Positions 52,101 through 63,711 of a stretch of DNA of 64,000 bases are shown here, piece after piece; the stretch's first letter is position 1; each line of letters begins with the position of its first letter. This DNA is from Bugula neritina (lineage: Eukaryota > Animalia > Bryozoa). The stretch covers positions 25,220,139-25,284,138 of the forward strand of contig OZ037766.1 of the NCBI GenBank assembly GCA_964035545.1, written 5' to 3'. A program made the position numbers and the translations under genes. The notes beneath the pieces were generated by a model. The model did not search any database. It had not been told where the DNA came from and saw only the letters and a list, made by a program, of their open reading frames with translations.

Positions 52101-53273
52101 ATGTGTATAGCATGTCTTTCATATTTGCAGTGCTAGAGTTCTTTCAAAAGTCACCTCAATTGACAGATGTATTAGAAGATGATGAAACATCTCAAACATG
52201 GTATCCACAATTATCTAATAAAATGTTGATTGTTGTTTAAAAAAATGTTGTTTGCAGCTAATTAGATACCTTTTGGTTTCCAATGGTCATTAGTCTTTAT
52301 TCTAGTTTATTATAAAATATAAGCTTGCATCACTAAAATCTTTTAAATGTTGAATTTTACATTAAAAGTTGCTTTGAATGCACCAGCAGACTCACAATTA
52401 ATGACCCTGTAACCTAAAAATGCTGATATGTAAACTAATATATGACTTGTTTGAAACTTAAAAGAAGTAATTGCATCACATGCTAAATGAATAATACATG
52501 TATATGACAACAACAATAATCTTTACTTAACAAAGTGAACACACTGTAAAAATGAAAACTAAAGTTGTTTTATTTTATTGTAATTCTATTTTTTCAGGTC
52601 TAAAGTTGCTTCTAATGATATAAATTTCAAAGATAAGAACTTTCGAAAGCAGCCACATTTTACAATCGCTTTACAAAATTCTTTGATGCTAAGTGACAGA
52701 CTGCCATCTACTCCGTCCGCTCTGAGACTTATAAGAAGCACGCTCTCTACTCTCGAAACAAAGGTGAAAGTCACCTCAATAAATTCAAATAACTCAGCAG
52801 GGAGCAGCGAGATTTTTGAACACGGCTCAATGAGTACTTGCAAATCTCGAGACACAAATGAAGACCTTGAAAAATCTAAATTAAAGTCAAAACTCATCAA
52901 CTACCTCAAACAACAAATAAAATTAGATCATCTGAAAAAGCAAAGAAAATTAATCAAAATGTTGCTGTTTAGTTTTGTTGTAATGGCAATCAGTTGGCTT
53001 CCATTCGCTTTGATCATTATAATAGATATTAATAGTAAACTGCAATCAATTATTTATGTGTTGTTTATGTGTGTTGGATGGACCAGTTCTACGTTTAATG
53101 CCATGTTATATGCAGTTATGAACACACAATTCCGTCATGCATATTGGAGTTTATTACAAGGTCGTAGGGGGACAGCGACTACCACATTGTCCAGCAAGCA
53201 GAAGATGTCTTCTGAAATAAGTAGGGCCTTATTTGAACATTACCAAGGGAAGGAGATTTTTCAAAATTCTTAA
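46197..53273 (+). CDS. Class A (rhodopsin-like) GPCR, melatonin-receptor-like (NRY/NAxxY), about 549 aa
   Basis: Phase-compatible exons 46197-46232, 46839-46975, 47846-48028, 48529-48704, 49541-49719, 50519-50711, 52131-52200, 52598-53273. Motifs: TM1 GLCGN, TM2 NLAISD, TM3 ALNRYLFVC, TM4 W, ECL2 GTYGYHSKFHSCFF, TM5 P..Y, TM6 SWLP, TM7 SSTFNAMLY, helix 8 NTQFRHAY. The ICL3 exon boundaries are the least certain part. Confidence 0.88.
48056..48273 (-). mobile_element. tRNA-derived SINE (family 1, copy 3) in GPCR intron 3
   Basis: Reverse complement of the 20453 and 34314 copies; 16-bp TSD with one mismatch (TTTAATATACTCTTAA 48040-48055; TTTAATATACTTTTAA 48274-48289). Confidence 0.88.
49820..50050. 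mobile_element. piggyBac-like MITE in GPCR intron 5
   Basis: TTAA|CCCCCTAGACACACTTTG ... CAAAGTGTGTCTAGA(CTCTA)GGGGG|TAA; CCC..GGG termini at a TTAA site, with the right TSD degenerate. Confidence 0.6.
51510..51942. mobile_element. Foldback/MULE-like MITE with long TIRs in GPCR intron 6
   Basis: Inverted arms of about 130 bp (CGACATTTCGAAAATGACAATTGGAAAACA..) made of about 15-bp subrepeats. Flanking duplication GGTGTTAT at 51502-51509 and 51943-51950 (9 bp with one mismatch). Confidence 0.85.
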
Positions 53274-56200
53274 TAATTTTATGTTTTAATTATTGATTTC
53301 CAAATTGTGCCATTTTGAAACATGTAGCATGTGTTTACATTTGCTTGGTGGTAAAATAAAACAGCTATAAACAAGTAAGGTGTCTAATCTTTTATCTAAA
53401 GCATAAGGATCAATAAATTGGCAGTGGTTTAGAGTTTAACAGTTTGAAAATACATTGTTTGCATAATATACTAATTGATATATAACGAAAATTACTAAAA
53501 GTTATGAAATTCTAAAAAAAACTCAATGTTTAGGTAGTCAAATATTACTTAAGTACAGCTGTGGAAAAACTTAGATAATAATAATTTTGTGGCTTCAAGT
53601 GTATAGAGTGTTAAGTTAAAATTAAATTTACTGCCTACAATTTTATAAAGTATACAAGTATTGCATAATTCAAAATATTAGCACATATAGCCTTGATGTG
53701 TAGGACAGGCGTATACAAAATGCTGTAAGAATAAATATATAGAGCATGTGCAGATCAAGGCTATAGTGTGTGAATATTGCATGTTACACAATTTCATCTT
53801 ACAAGTACTCTTGCAAGAACATGCTGATAATATTGTCAGATGAAATAGTTTGAAACTCTACACTCTACAGTATGAGAAGGCTAAATAAACTCAGGATTTG
53901 TGAACATTGCCCAGTAATGCTTAATACCAGTAGATTATCATTGATCCAACCTAGCTGATCTCGAATTAAAGGAATTTGAACATGCTTAAAATATCCAAAT
54001 AGCTGAGAAGTATTACACCAAATGTATCTTACCAGAAAACTCTTGCCATCCGCTCTCTACCAACCATTGAACTACAGTTGCTGGAAAAGAGCACCATAAA
54101 AGATTATCAGTGATACAAATAATTCATTAAACTGTATTATAATACTAAAGAGTAGCAAGTTGCACTTTGAAGTCTAAGCAATTTTAGACGGAATTGTCAT
54201 TTGCAGCAGAGACCCGGATGATCAGGAATTGTGACAGTCATAAACAGTTGTAACAAAACTTAAGCATAGTTTTAAATAGCTCTTGTAATTTGAAATCTGT
54301 ATAACTTATACAGTTCAATTTGTAGTATATCAAGTTGATTATTTAAAAATGTGTATTGCTGCATTAAAATGCTATCTTCTTTTGTATGCTACAAACTGTT
54401 GGAGTTGTGTTCCTAACAAAGAGAATGAGGTCTTAAGATTATATGATAGCAAACTTTAAAATATTTTGAGAATAAAATTACACATTGTAAAATAAGTGCT
54501 AGCCAAGCTTTCATATAGGTAGTCACGCTATAAGAAAACAAATAGTTCTATAGCTATTCTCTTGTTTTATAACCAGGTTCTTAGAGTTATTATTGTTGTG
54601 AATTTATGCTTCACTTGCAATCAATGGGTTTATTTATGCAAAGCCACTTCACCAGATTTGCAATTAGTAAGAGTTTATTTACTGCGAATAACACGCAAAT
54701 AATAACTAAACAAACGTTACATAATAGAGAGCTATCAGTACACAACTTTACGCTAGCATTATCAAGTCCTCTCTGCCGGCTAGTCAATTAGGCAAGATTC
54801 CACTATACATAAACAGCTCCGCCTGCTACTAATTATTGTTCGTGTCCCATTGGCTATCACGGTGGTGCCATCGTACTAAGAGAATAACATGATGAAAAAT
54901 GCATCATGTCTTGAGTCAGCTGGGGAGTTATCTTTTCGATATATACATACATCATATAAAATCTGTACATTATAATAAAAATATCTAGGCTTGTTTATAA
55001 AAAAGGCAATTGAAAACGCAATAAATACTAACTTTTTCGAAATAATGTCAACTTGGCATTTTGACAGACAAATTTCGATATTGTATTATTTGTAACTAAC
55101 TGGTACAATGCAGACAGATAACAAAAGTATTAGAATAAGAGTAATCAAATTTTAGTAGAACTTTGCGTTTTAGTAGCTGCAAAATAAGAAAGTCACAGCT
55201 TGCTAGTCAATTTTGTGCAGCTCCAGATTAAATGTGTTATATAATTAGAAAATAACAGTATTTTCTAAAATTATGGCACATATGTATTTGATTGGTTGAA
55301 TGCTGCACAAATTATGGTTAGGGTTATGTCCTCTTTTACTAGTCGAATTACTACAGATCGGGCGGCTATTTCTGGAGGGGAATTTCCCAAAAAAAGAAAC
55401 TTCATGTATCGCTATTTGTACCAGATCCAGTACTGACTTTGAAAAGTTGTCAGTCATAGCTAACTTTGATTAGCTATACTATCTCATTGATTTCTATTTA
55501 AAATAGGATAATTTATCCAAAAAATTTAGTAGCATATTTTTATCTTGTAGCCATGCAGAGGTTGTCTAATTTCAATTTGTTGCAGTGTTCTAGTCTAAGT
55601 ATTAACTAAATAACATTTTGATTTCCATTATCGTTTTTATTTTCATTTTGATTTTGATTCAATTCGATATCAAGTTGACTTATTCTTAAACATGAAGCAT
55701 AAATTTAAACTAAAAAGTTGCTTTTCTCTGATTTAAATTAACTGTAGTGACATTATCAACTTATTGTTTACTAACTGACTTGTAAGTTGTGCTTGTATAT
55801 TATTATTAATATCATAATTTAATGGCTAGCCCTTTTTATTTTACATTATGATTATCATTATGAAACGATAATTATTACTATTACTATTAGTATCAATAAG
55901 TATTATTATATTAGTATTTGTGTTACAGCTGCGTACTTTTAAATTGAAATCTTTGAGATGGTTACCATAACGGTGCTGGCCGTGATTATCATTTTGATGC
56001 TCATTTATTTTTTAATTTTATGATGAATTTTAAGAATAAATTTCAACTATTACTAATCATATAAATTATGAAGTAATTTTAAGTTGTTGATACCACTGTA
56101 ACTGATGTATTTTTCTATGTGCTTTAAACTTGGTAATTATATTCGTATTAGTAATTGATCATTATGATGACATTGAGTTTGACCAATCACTAAATCTGAT

Positions 56201-56466
56201 GTTAGTTTTAAAATCTATCCTTTGATAACCTAGTATTAAATTTAAAAGGAAGTTTACTTATAGTATTTTAAGTTGCATTGTTCTCTTCACTTATTTTAGC
56301 TAGTCTTTTAAATAATTTTCTGTAGTATAGCTTATACATGTGTATGCAGCATTCATGATGCGTGGTTGTAAATATATGCATGCTGTCAACCAATCACTGC
56401 CACTATTAGTATAATACAATGCTACTGCATTTATTAAATTGTATTTTTGCTAGATGGCTTCAGCAT

Positions 56467-56698
56467 TGTTTTATGTTAATTTGTGATATTATTTCAGCTA
56501 TCGTGAAAAAGAGAGAACGTGTTCCAGTTAGTTGATTAACGGAAGAGGCCGAAGCCGTGATTTATTACCACAATATATATACAAGATAATACTAAAACTA
56601 TTACAATAAGTGAGACAATTAATTATTAAGATTATGACAAAAATAGTAAAATAATAAAATAACAAATTACAAATAAATGTTTACATAAACACCGAACA
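56467..56698 (-). repeat. 3' LTR (232 bp)
   Basis: Direct repeat of 60732-60974. Confidence 0.95.
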
Positions 56699-56739
56699 TC
56701 TCCCACAGAATAGAAAAAAGCTAGTTAGGAATGAATGTT

Positions 56740-59700
56740 TTAAGAGGGCACATAGTCTGCCATCCAACTAGGGGGCTTCCGTTTTCTGGTTGAACGTCGT
56801 AGGTTGTCGCTATGATTGGCGCTCTCGGTGGTGTCAACCTGGGTGCTACTAGCATTTTGTTTAGGATCCTTTGGTGTCCCAGGACTCGCTGGCTCCGTGA
56901 CGAGCGGTCTGATATCTCGCCGGTTTCTCTGAAAGAGGTTGTTGTCAAGTTGTACGGCATAAGCTCTGCTACTCAATTGTCTGTTAATTTGTGCCTCCTG
57001 CCATTTTCTCCAGTGCTGACTCCAGTCTCGAACCAAAACTGGTTGCCCTTCTTTCAGCACTGCCAAATCTCTTGCACTGTCATTACATCTCTGTTGAGTT
57101 TTTCATTGCGGCCCTGCTTTTCCCACCAACCTTAGTTGTTATCTGTTTCTGGCTGGACTTGTGGTAGTACTGACCTGGTGGGCCTTCCGATAAGTTGCTG
57201 AATTTGGCTGGCCGTCAGGCCTTCTTTGGTGGTATTGAGATGTTCCAGCAACGCAAGTTCGGGTTCTTCACATCTGCGGAGTATACGTTTGACTATCTTC
57301 ACAGCAGACTCTGCCTTCCCATTAGACTGAGGATGATATGGAGAGCTGGTGGTGTGTGTGAAATTCCATGACTGGCTGAAAGTAGAAAACTGATGTGAAG
57401 TAAACTGTGGTCCGTTGTCAGTGTGAACCTCTCTGGGTATTCCCAGACATCCAAAACAGTGCTTTATGGAGTTGATAACAGTCTCTGCTGTTTGGTTGTC
57501 CAGTCGGTCGTATTCAAAGTAGTCAGTCGTATAGTCAACAATAGTAATGTAATGGGTGTGGTTGTATTCAAACAAGTCAATTCCTACTTTTGTCCAGGGT
57601 TGTTGGGGAACTGTGTGGAGTAAAAGTGTTTCCTTCTGTTGCCGGGGAGCATCCTGTTGACATTGTCGACAGCTAGCAATATTGTTTTTGATGTCATTGG
57701 TGATGCCAAGCCAAAACACTGTGTGGCGGGCACGTCTTAGTGTGGAGTTAATTCCGTTATGGCCAGTGTGAAGTAGTTGGAGAAACTTTCTCTGAAGTGC
57801 CTTTGGAATAATGGCTCTTAGTCCTTTGTAAACAATGCCATTGTCAATAGATAGTTCGTCCTGAAAGTGTTTGTACTTGTCATGAGTTGTGCAGTCGGCA
57901 ATGTTCCAGTCATGTTTAATAAGGTTTGTCAGTGTCATAAGTTCATTGTCCTGTGCAGTAGCAGTCCTAATGTTGTTAATTAAGTCGTCACAAACAGGAG
58001 CATCATTATTTTGAGAGTCAATGTGAAAAATGTGTTCTGGTAGTTGTTGATAGTTGGGAGAGTCAAAGTATGAGTCTTTTGAGAGTAAGTCAGCCGTGAT
58101 CTGTTCAGCACCCTTTTGCCAAGTTACCTTAATGTTGGGGTATCTTTGTAAGTGAAGAAGCATAGCCTGCAACCTCCGAGATGCCTTATGAATGGATTTC
58201 TTGAAAATAGATACAAGGGGTTTGTGGTCAGTTTGGATAGTGACAGCATGGTGACCAAAGATATACTGGTCAAAGCGTTCAGTGCCAAACACTATGGCAA
58301 GGCACTCAAGCTCTAGTGGTACATAGTTCTGTTCCGATTTTGTTAAACTGCGAGATGCATATGCTACAGGCTTGCCTCCTTTGCATGAGTGTTGCACCCA
58401 CACCAGCATTTGAAGCGTCAGTTTGTATAGTTACTGGCTTGTTGCAGTCAAAGTATTGTAGAGTTTCCGAGTCAGTTAGTAAAGTCTTCAGTCTATTAAA
58501 AGCGCTCATTTGGTTGTCAGTCCAGTGAAAGTCACGAGCATTGTCTTGTGTCAGTAAACGTCGTAATGGTTCAGATTCCGATGCTAGATTGCTAACAAAT
58601 TTTGACATGTAGGTGATGTGACCAAGGAACCGTTTTACACCTTGTGGAGATGAGGGAGGTTTCATCTTAAGAATGGCATTTACTTTGTTAGGATCTGGTT
58701 TATGTCCATTAGTTGTCAGTATGTGTCCAATGTAAGGTAGTTCGTCCTGAAAGAAGTGGGATTTTTCCTTGTTCAGTCTCAGTCCTGTCTGTCGAGCACG
58801 TTTGAAAAGCGCTTCCAGGTTTCTATCATGCTCTTTCCTTGTCCTTCCGAAAATTAGGATGTCATCTGCAACTATGGTGATGCCATCAAGACCAGCAAGA
58901 TTTTCCGTGAGCCTTCTCTGAAACTCCTCCGGCGCTGATGCAATTCCGAAGGGTAGCCTTAGGTACTTGTACTTCCCTATGGGAGTCCAGAAAGTTGTCA
59001 AGTCTGTAGATTCTTTAGCTAGGGGAATTTGATAGAAACCTTCTTTGGCGTCGCACAAGGAGAAAAACTTGGCACCGTTGAGTTGTGGCAAAACATCTTC
59101 CAATGTTGGCATGACAGCGTGGTTTCGTTTAACTGCTTGATTCAGATTTTGCGGATCTATGCAAATGCGTATCTTTCCATTAGGCTTGCGTACTGGTTGT
59201 AGATGGCTTATCCAGTCTGTAGGTGCTTCTACCTGAGTGATAACTTGGCGTTATAGTTCAAGAATAGTCTTGATGAGATCTGATTTCATCAACAAGGGCA
59301 CCTTCCTCGGTCGGACTTGCACTGGTACAGCTTCAGGTCTTAGCTCTATCCTTTATTCCTGTTCAAATTTTCCATGTCCAGTAAATATGTCATCAAAGTC
59401 AGTCAGTAAAGTCTAAAAGTCTGGGTCAGTAGTGGCAAAGTTTACATTCTCGCTTTTGGTGCTGGGCATTTGTAATAAATCCAAGTACAAACATGATTTT
59501 CATGACAGCAAGCTATGTTGGGTGGTTTCCACAACTAAGAATTTTAATGTAGTGTAACATCCTTGCTTGTTTAGTATCTGTATCTGTGTCCACCCTAGTG
59601 GTGCACACTTGCTCTGGTCATATATAGTTAGTACAGTATCAGTCGGTGAAAGTTTCGGTCTACCTAGCTTGTCGTAGTCGACCGTATTCAAAGTATTGCA

Positions 59701-59800
59701 TGATGCACCAGTGTCAAGTTGGAATTCAATGTCATAAATAGTATCTGCTTGCTTAGCAGTGAGCATCGCTAATAATTTACGATCTCGTACTGTAGTAGAG
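56740..59800 (-). pseudogene. pol: Retrotransposon pol (protease, RT, RNase H, integrase), broken by stops and frameshifts
   Basis: Protease FQLDTGASCN (59500-59766); RT DAKEGFYQ, LPFGIASAPEEFQ, VADDIL and RNase H TDAS (58306-59112); RNase H remainder plus integrase HTGH..CRQC, DLF, DNG, AE (57132-58409); integrase C-terminus in a separate frame (56740-57066). Confidence 0.92.
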
Positions 59801-59877
59801 ATAGTACTTACATGTTGAGAGTCACTGTCTGAAGAGTAATTCCAGGTGACTTGATGGGCTGTTTCAGTTGAGTCGCG

Positions 59878-60687
59878 TTAATGATGCATGCGTGACCTGC
59901 AGTATGCGTCAAAGTGGTTAAATTTCTTGCAATGATTGCACTGTTTCCCATATGCTGGGCATGCTCGAGGTGGGTGTTTGCCTCCACAGTTTCCACACCA
60001 AGAAGCACCAACTGATCTTCTGACGTTGGGCTGAGAGCAAGTGTGTGAAAGCTGTCCTCTGTGTTTATCAGTGTTACGAGTGTCGTCAGAGTGATATTGA
60101 TGAGCCGGAGGTCTATGTTTTACCAAGTTCACTTGTTCGAGTCCATAAGTGTCATCCTTAGTCATAGTCTTGTAGTCAATAGCCGATGCTTCTTCCCGTC
60201 TGTAGAGCTCAATCGCTTTGTCAAAGTCAGTCAAGTCAAACAGTTTCTTTCTAATCTTGTCACTTTCAATTCCCAGTATCAGTGCTTGTAGTATCAGTCG
60301 GTTGTACATGTCTTTTAAGTCACATAGTCCTGCAATGGTATGTAGTTCAGTCAAAAATTCGTCAATAGCTCTATTCCCTTGCTTACAAGTCAGTAGTGAG
60401 TGAGTCTTAGCCACTAAGTTTATTCTTGGTTTGCAGTAGTCATCAAATTGCGTCACAACTTTGTCGTAGTCAGTTTTGTCATTGTTGTCAGTCCAGTTGA
60501 AAGAGTCGTATATTTGGTTGCCTCGGCGACCGATAGTTCTAGGTAGGTATGCAGTTTTCACTTTGCCTTCGGCTGTATCTTTCGATGTGGCAGTTAAAAA
60601 AAGTTCGAAGTCATGTTTAAAAATCTTCCACTCTTCAGGTAGATTCGGTCCATCTGCTAATGGTTTCGGCGCTAGTAATTGCTCCAT
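59878..60687 (-). CDS. gag: Retrotransposon Gag with double zinc knuckle
   Basis: 269-aa ORF ending CGNCGGKHPPRACPAYGKQCNHCKKFNHFDAYC. Confidence 0.9.
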   Translation of the reverse strand: MEQLLAPKPLADGPNLPEEWKIFKHDFELFLTATSKDTAEGKVKTAYLPRTIGRRGNQIYDSFNWTDNNDKTDYDKVVTQFDDYCKPRINLVAKTHSLLTCKQGNRAIDEFLTELHTIAGLCDLKDMYNRLILQALILGIESDKIRKKLFDLTDFDKAIELYRREEASAIDYKTMTKDDTYGLEQVNLVKHRPPAHQYHSDDTRNTDKHRGQLSHTCSQPNVRRSVGASWCGNCGGKHPPRACPAYGKQCNHCKKFNHFDAYCRSRMHH

Positions 60688-60731
60688 GTTGTTTCAGTGT
60701 AATATTAATAATAATTAGACTCGAGGCACCA

Positions 60732-60974
60732 TGTTTTATGTTAATTTGTGATATTATTTCAGCTATCGTGAAAAAGAAAGAACGTGCTCAAGTTAGTTGA
60801 TTAACGGAAGAGGCCGAAGCCGTGATTTATTACCACAATATATATACCAAGATAATACTAAAACTATTACAATAAGTGAGACAATTAATTATTAAGATTA
60901 TGACAAAAATAGTAAAATAAAATGAAAAAAATTTCAAGTATATTACAAATAAATGTTTACATAAACACCGAACA
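60732..60974 (-). repeat. 5' LTR (243 bp)
   Basis: Direct repeat of 56467-56698. Confidence 0.95.
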
Positions 60975-61091
60975 AGCATTATTGACAGTTACATTAGTTT
61001 TGTACAGGAAAATAAGTTTTAGCTGATCATAGATAGTTCTGTATATAAACGCTAAAATAGTGATGCAACAATTTGTTTTATTTGTAGTCAA

Positions 61092-63711
61092 ATGGATAGA
61101 TACACTATTCACAAATTCCTTGGTAGCGGAGCATTTGGCGCAGCTTTGTTAGTTACTGAAAAAGCTACTGGCCATCAATTTGTTATAAAGGTTAGCTTTT
61201 ACAATAACTCTTACATTATATTTTGTACATTTTAAAATTAAAATGTGGATAAATGGCTTTGAGTTTTTGTTTAGTAAGACAGCGGATTATTTTGCAGACT
61301 GTGCCAGCAAAAACTTTATCTCCCAAGGAGAAAGAGTTTGCACTGAAGGAGGTGAAAATTCTATCATCTCTCCAGCATAAAAATATTGTTAGGTTTATAG
61401 ACTACTTTGAAGGTAATTAAGCTTGTCTTTATGTAAATTTGAGTGGTCCTGAACCTGTTTAAGTCTTGTTCACTATGCAAGCAGTTGGAAAACTTTAAAA
61501 TGTCTATTAACTAGGCATTGTAGATATTGATAGTTAGAGATGCTATTATATTTTGTTTTGATTATTACATTAAACCATGAACCATACTAATATATTAGAT
61601 CTAGAAGATATTTTATTATGTGATACGTTTCATGTAGAAAATGGAACATTGCATATTGTGCAAGAGTATTGTGAGGGGGGAGAGCTAAATGTTGTATATG
61701 GAACTTGTATGGAAGAAAAGAAGGTGAAGTGTTGTCACTATTCCAAAAATGCAATGATGCAATGATTTGGTGGAAATAATAAATCTTAAAAGTAAGGCAT
61801 GATTGATTGAAGAAGCTATTTTTTCATTTTTGTTATTCCACAGATATGGGACTACCTGGCACAAATCTGCTTGGGCCTAAAATATCTTCACTCTCAAAAG
61901 GTGCTCCATAGAGATCTCAAACCTGCAAACATATTTCTTACAAAGAATAATAAATTGAAGTTGGGTGATTTTGGACTATCAAAAAAACTTCCGCAGTAAG
62001 TAGCTGATCGACTCAAAATTTTGATTTTCTTTCAACACAACTATAAAAATATGTTAGTCAAATATAGAGTTAGTGAAATAATGATATTACTTGTGGTGTC
62101 ATGGTTCTGGTGGAATGCGTTTATATGTTAAGTGATGTCAAATATTAGCGTGCATTCATGTTGCATGATTTTTGCTACTTTAGCTCTTTGGCTATGACAA
62201 CCTCATTTGTTGGGACACCTATGTATTTATCTCCTGAAATCTGTCAACGCAAAGAGTATAATTCCAAATGTGACATGTGGTCTTTGGGGGTTCTACTGTA
62301 TGAAATGGCTTCAGGATCACTACCAGTATGTTAACAATATTATACATTCCAAAATAATGTAATAATTGAATATCAATAAATTAATGGCATTTTTAACCTA
62401 AAATTACCTAAAAATTATACATTTACAAAGTTGTAACCTCCACCAATTGTATCATACAAGCAGGCAATGCAGAATACAAATCTGGCTTCATACATGTACG
62501 GTTATTTTGATTTGCATTAAAATAGTATGTTTATAATGGACAAGAGTGTAATAGCTGTAGTACAATAGAGAAGGCATAAATCATCTATTCTGTTATGAAA
62601 ATATATGTCACAGTTTTTGGAAGATGATCCGGACGAAATTTTTGAAGCTATCAAAACAAAGCCATATAAATGTCTAAACTCATCTGTTACTAAAGAACTG
62701 AGAGATATGATATATTCGCTTCTAAATAAAAATCCAGAGTAAGTAGAAATTATTTTAGTTACAAGCATTTTTGTTGATGAAATATGAGAATGATAGCAGC
62801 AGAATTTCATTTGAGTAAAAACTGGCAATTTTGTTTTTAAATATACATTTAATTATAGTAATCAAATTATACTTCTGAATTATGTGTTTGGTAAATTCAG
62901 ATTAATGCCCTGCTTTTGCTCCGACTTTTTGGGATCAAATAATTTATTGCAGTGCTTTACTAAAAAAAATCATTCAATTGGCAAAACTTGAGGCTTTATT
63001 TTAGCAACCGACCATCCGCAGCGGATCTTTTGCAAATACCTGTACTTAGGATTACTGCTCTGCGTTTCTGCTCTCCTGATGAACTTGTTGATACAAAGCA
63101 GACACCTCTGTGGAGTGAGTCCGTTTTATTCTTCTAAAGTTATGTGTATCAATAATCGTTTTGTTACTGCAACACCAGTTATCTTTCTAAGTTGCGATGA
63201 GTAAAGCAATTACTTTTTTAACATATTTAATTTTTCCATAATTTATTAACTTAAATGTGCAAAGGCTTTCAGAAAATCTTATCACTGTACTGAATAATAA
63301 ACTTTAAATAGGTTAATCTGTCTTTTGGTTAGATGATGTTTTTTATTTGTCATGCTTACTTCAACGTGGCGTCTTTTAAATTGAGAAATATAATAATGAA
63401 TTGCAGATGTGGCTATATTAATTTTCAAACCTGTCAGTACTCAGCTTAGGCATCTACTTATGATGTCTAAAAGTTTTTTTTCTGCATTCTTTATTTATTT
63501 TTAGAGGTGACATGAATTAAAGTTTTTTGTAGTGTGTTATATTATATAACATAAACATTATACATGTAAGTTTAAATTCTTCTCAGCTTGTGTGTCAATA
63601 TTATGTTGTTAGTTTTGCTGTAGCCTACAGACATCATTTGGATTGTAGAGAAACTGCCTAACATGGAACCAGTTGACAAACTTGCGGATGAATTTGGACT
63701 TTGTTTTAATG
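61092..63711 (+). CDS. NIMA-related (NEK-family) Ser/Thr protein kinase; 3' end uncertain, may continue past the window
   Basis: Exons 61092-61190, 61298-61412, 61638-61723, 61844-61995, 62184-62325, 62614-62738, 63005-63114, 63631-63711. Motifs [77 protein letters not shown]. Confidence 0.9.

Larger units (their letters stand above)
56467..60974 (-). mobile_element. Full-length, mutated Ty3/Gypsy LTR retrotransposon (Mag-like)
   Basis: TG..CA LTRs at 60732-60974 (5') and 56467-56698 (3'); TSD AGCAT at 56462-56466 and 60975-60979; PBS TGGTGCCTCGAG directly after the 5' LTR; short purine tract (GTGGGAGA) before the 3' LTR; domain order gag-PR-RT-RH-IN. Confidence 0.96.

Noticed and set aside
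56812-60718. Plus-strand ORFs inside the retrotransposon
   Set aside because: Antisense shadows of gag/pol with no recognisable domains.
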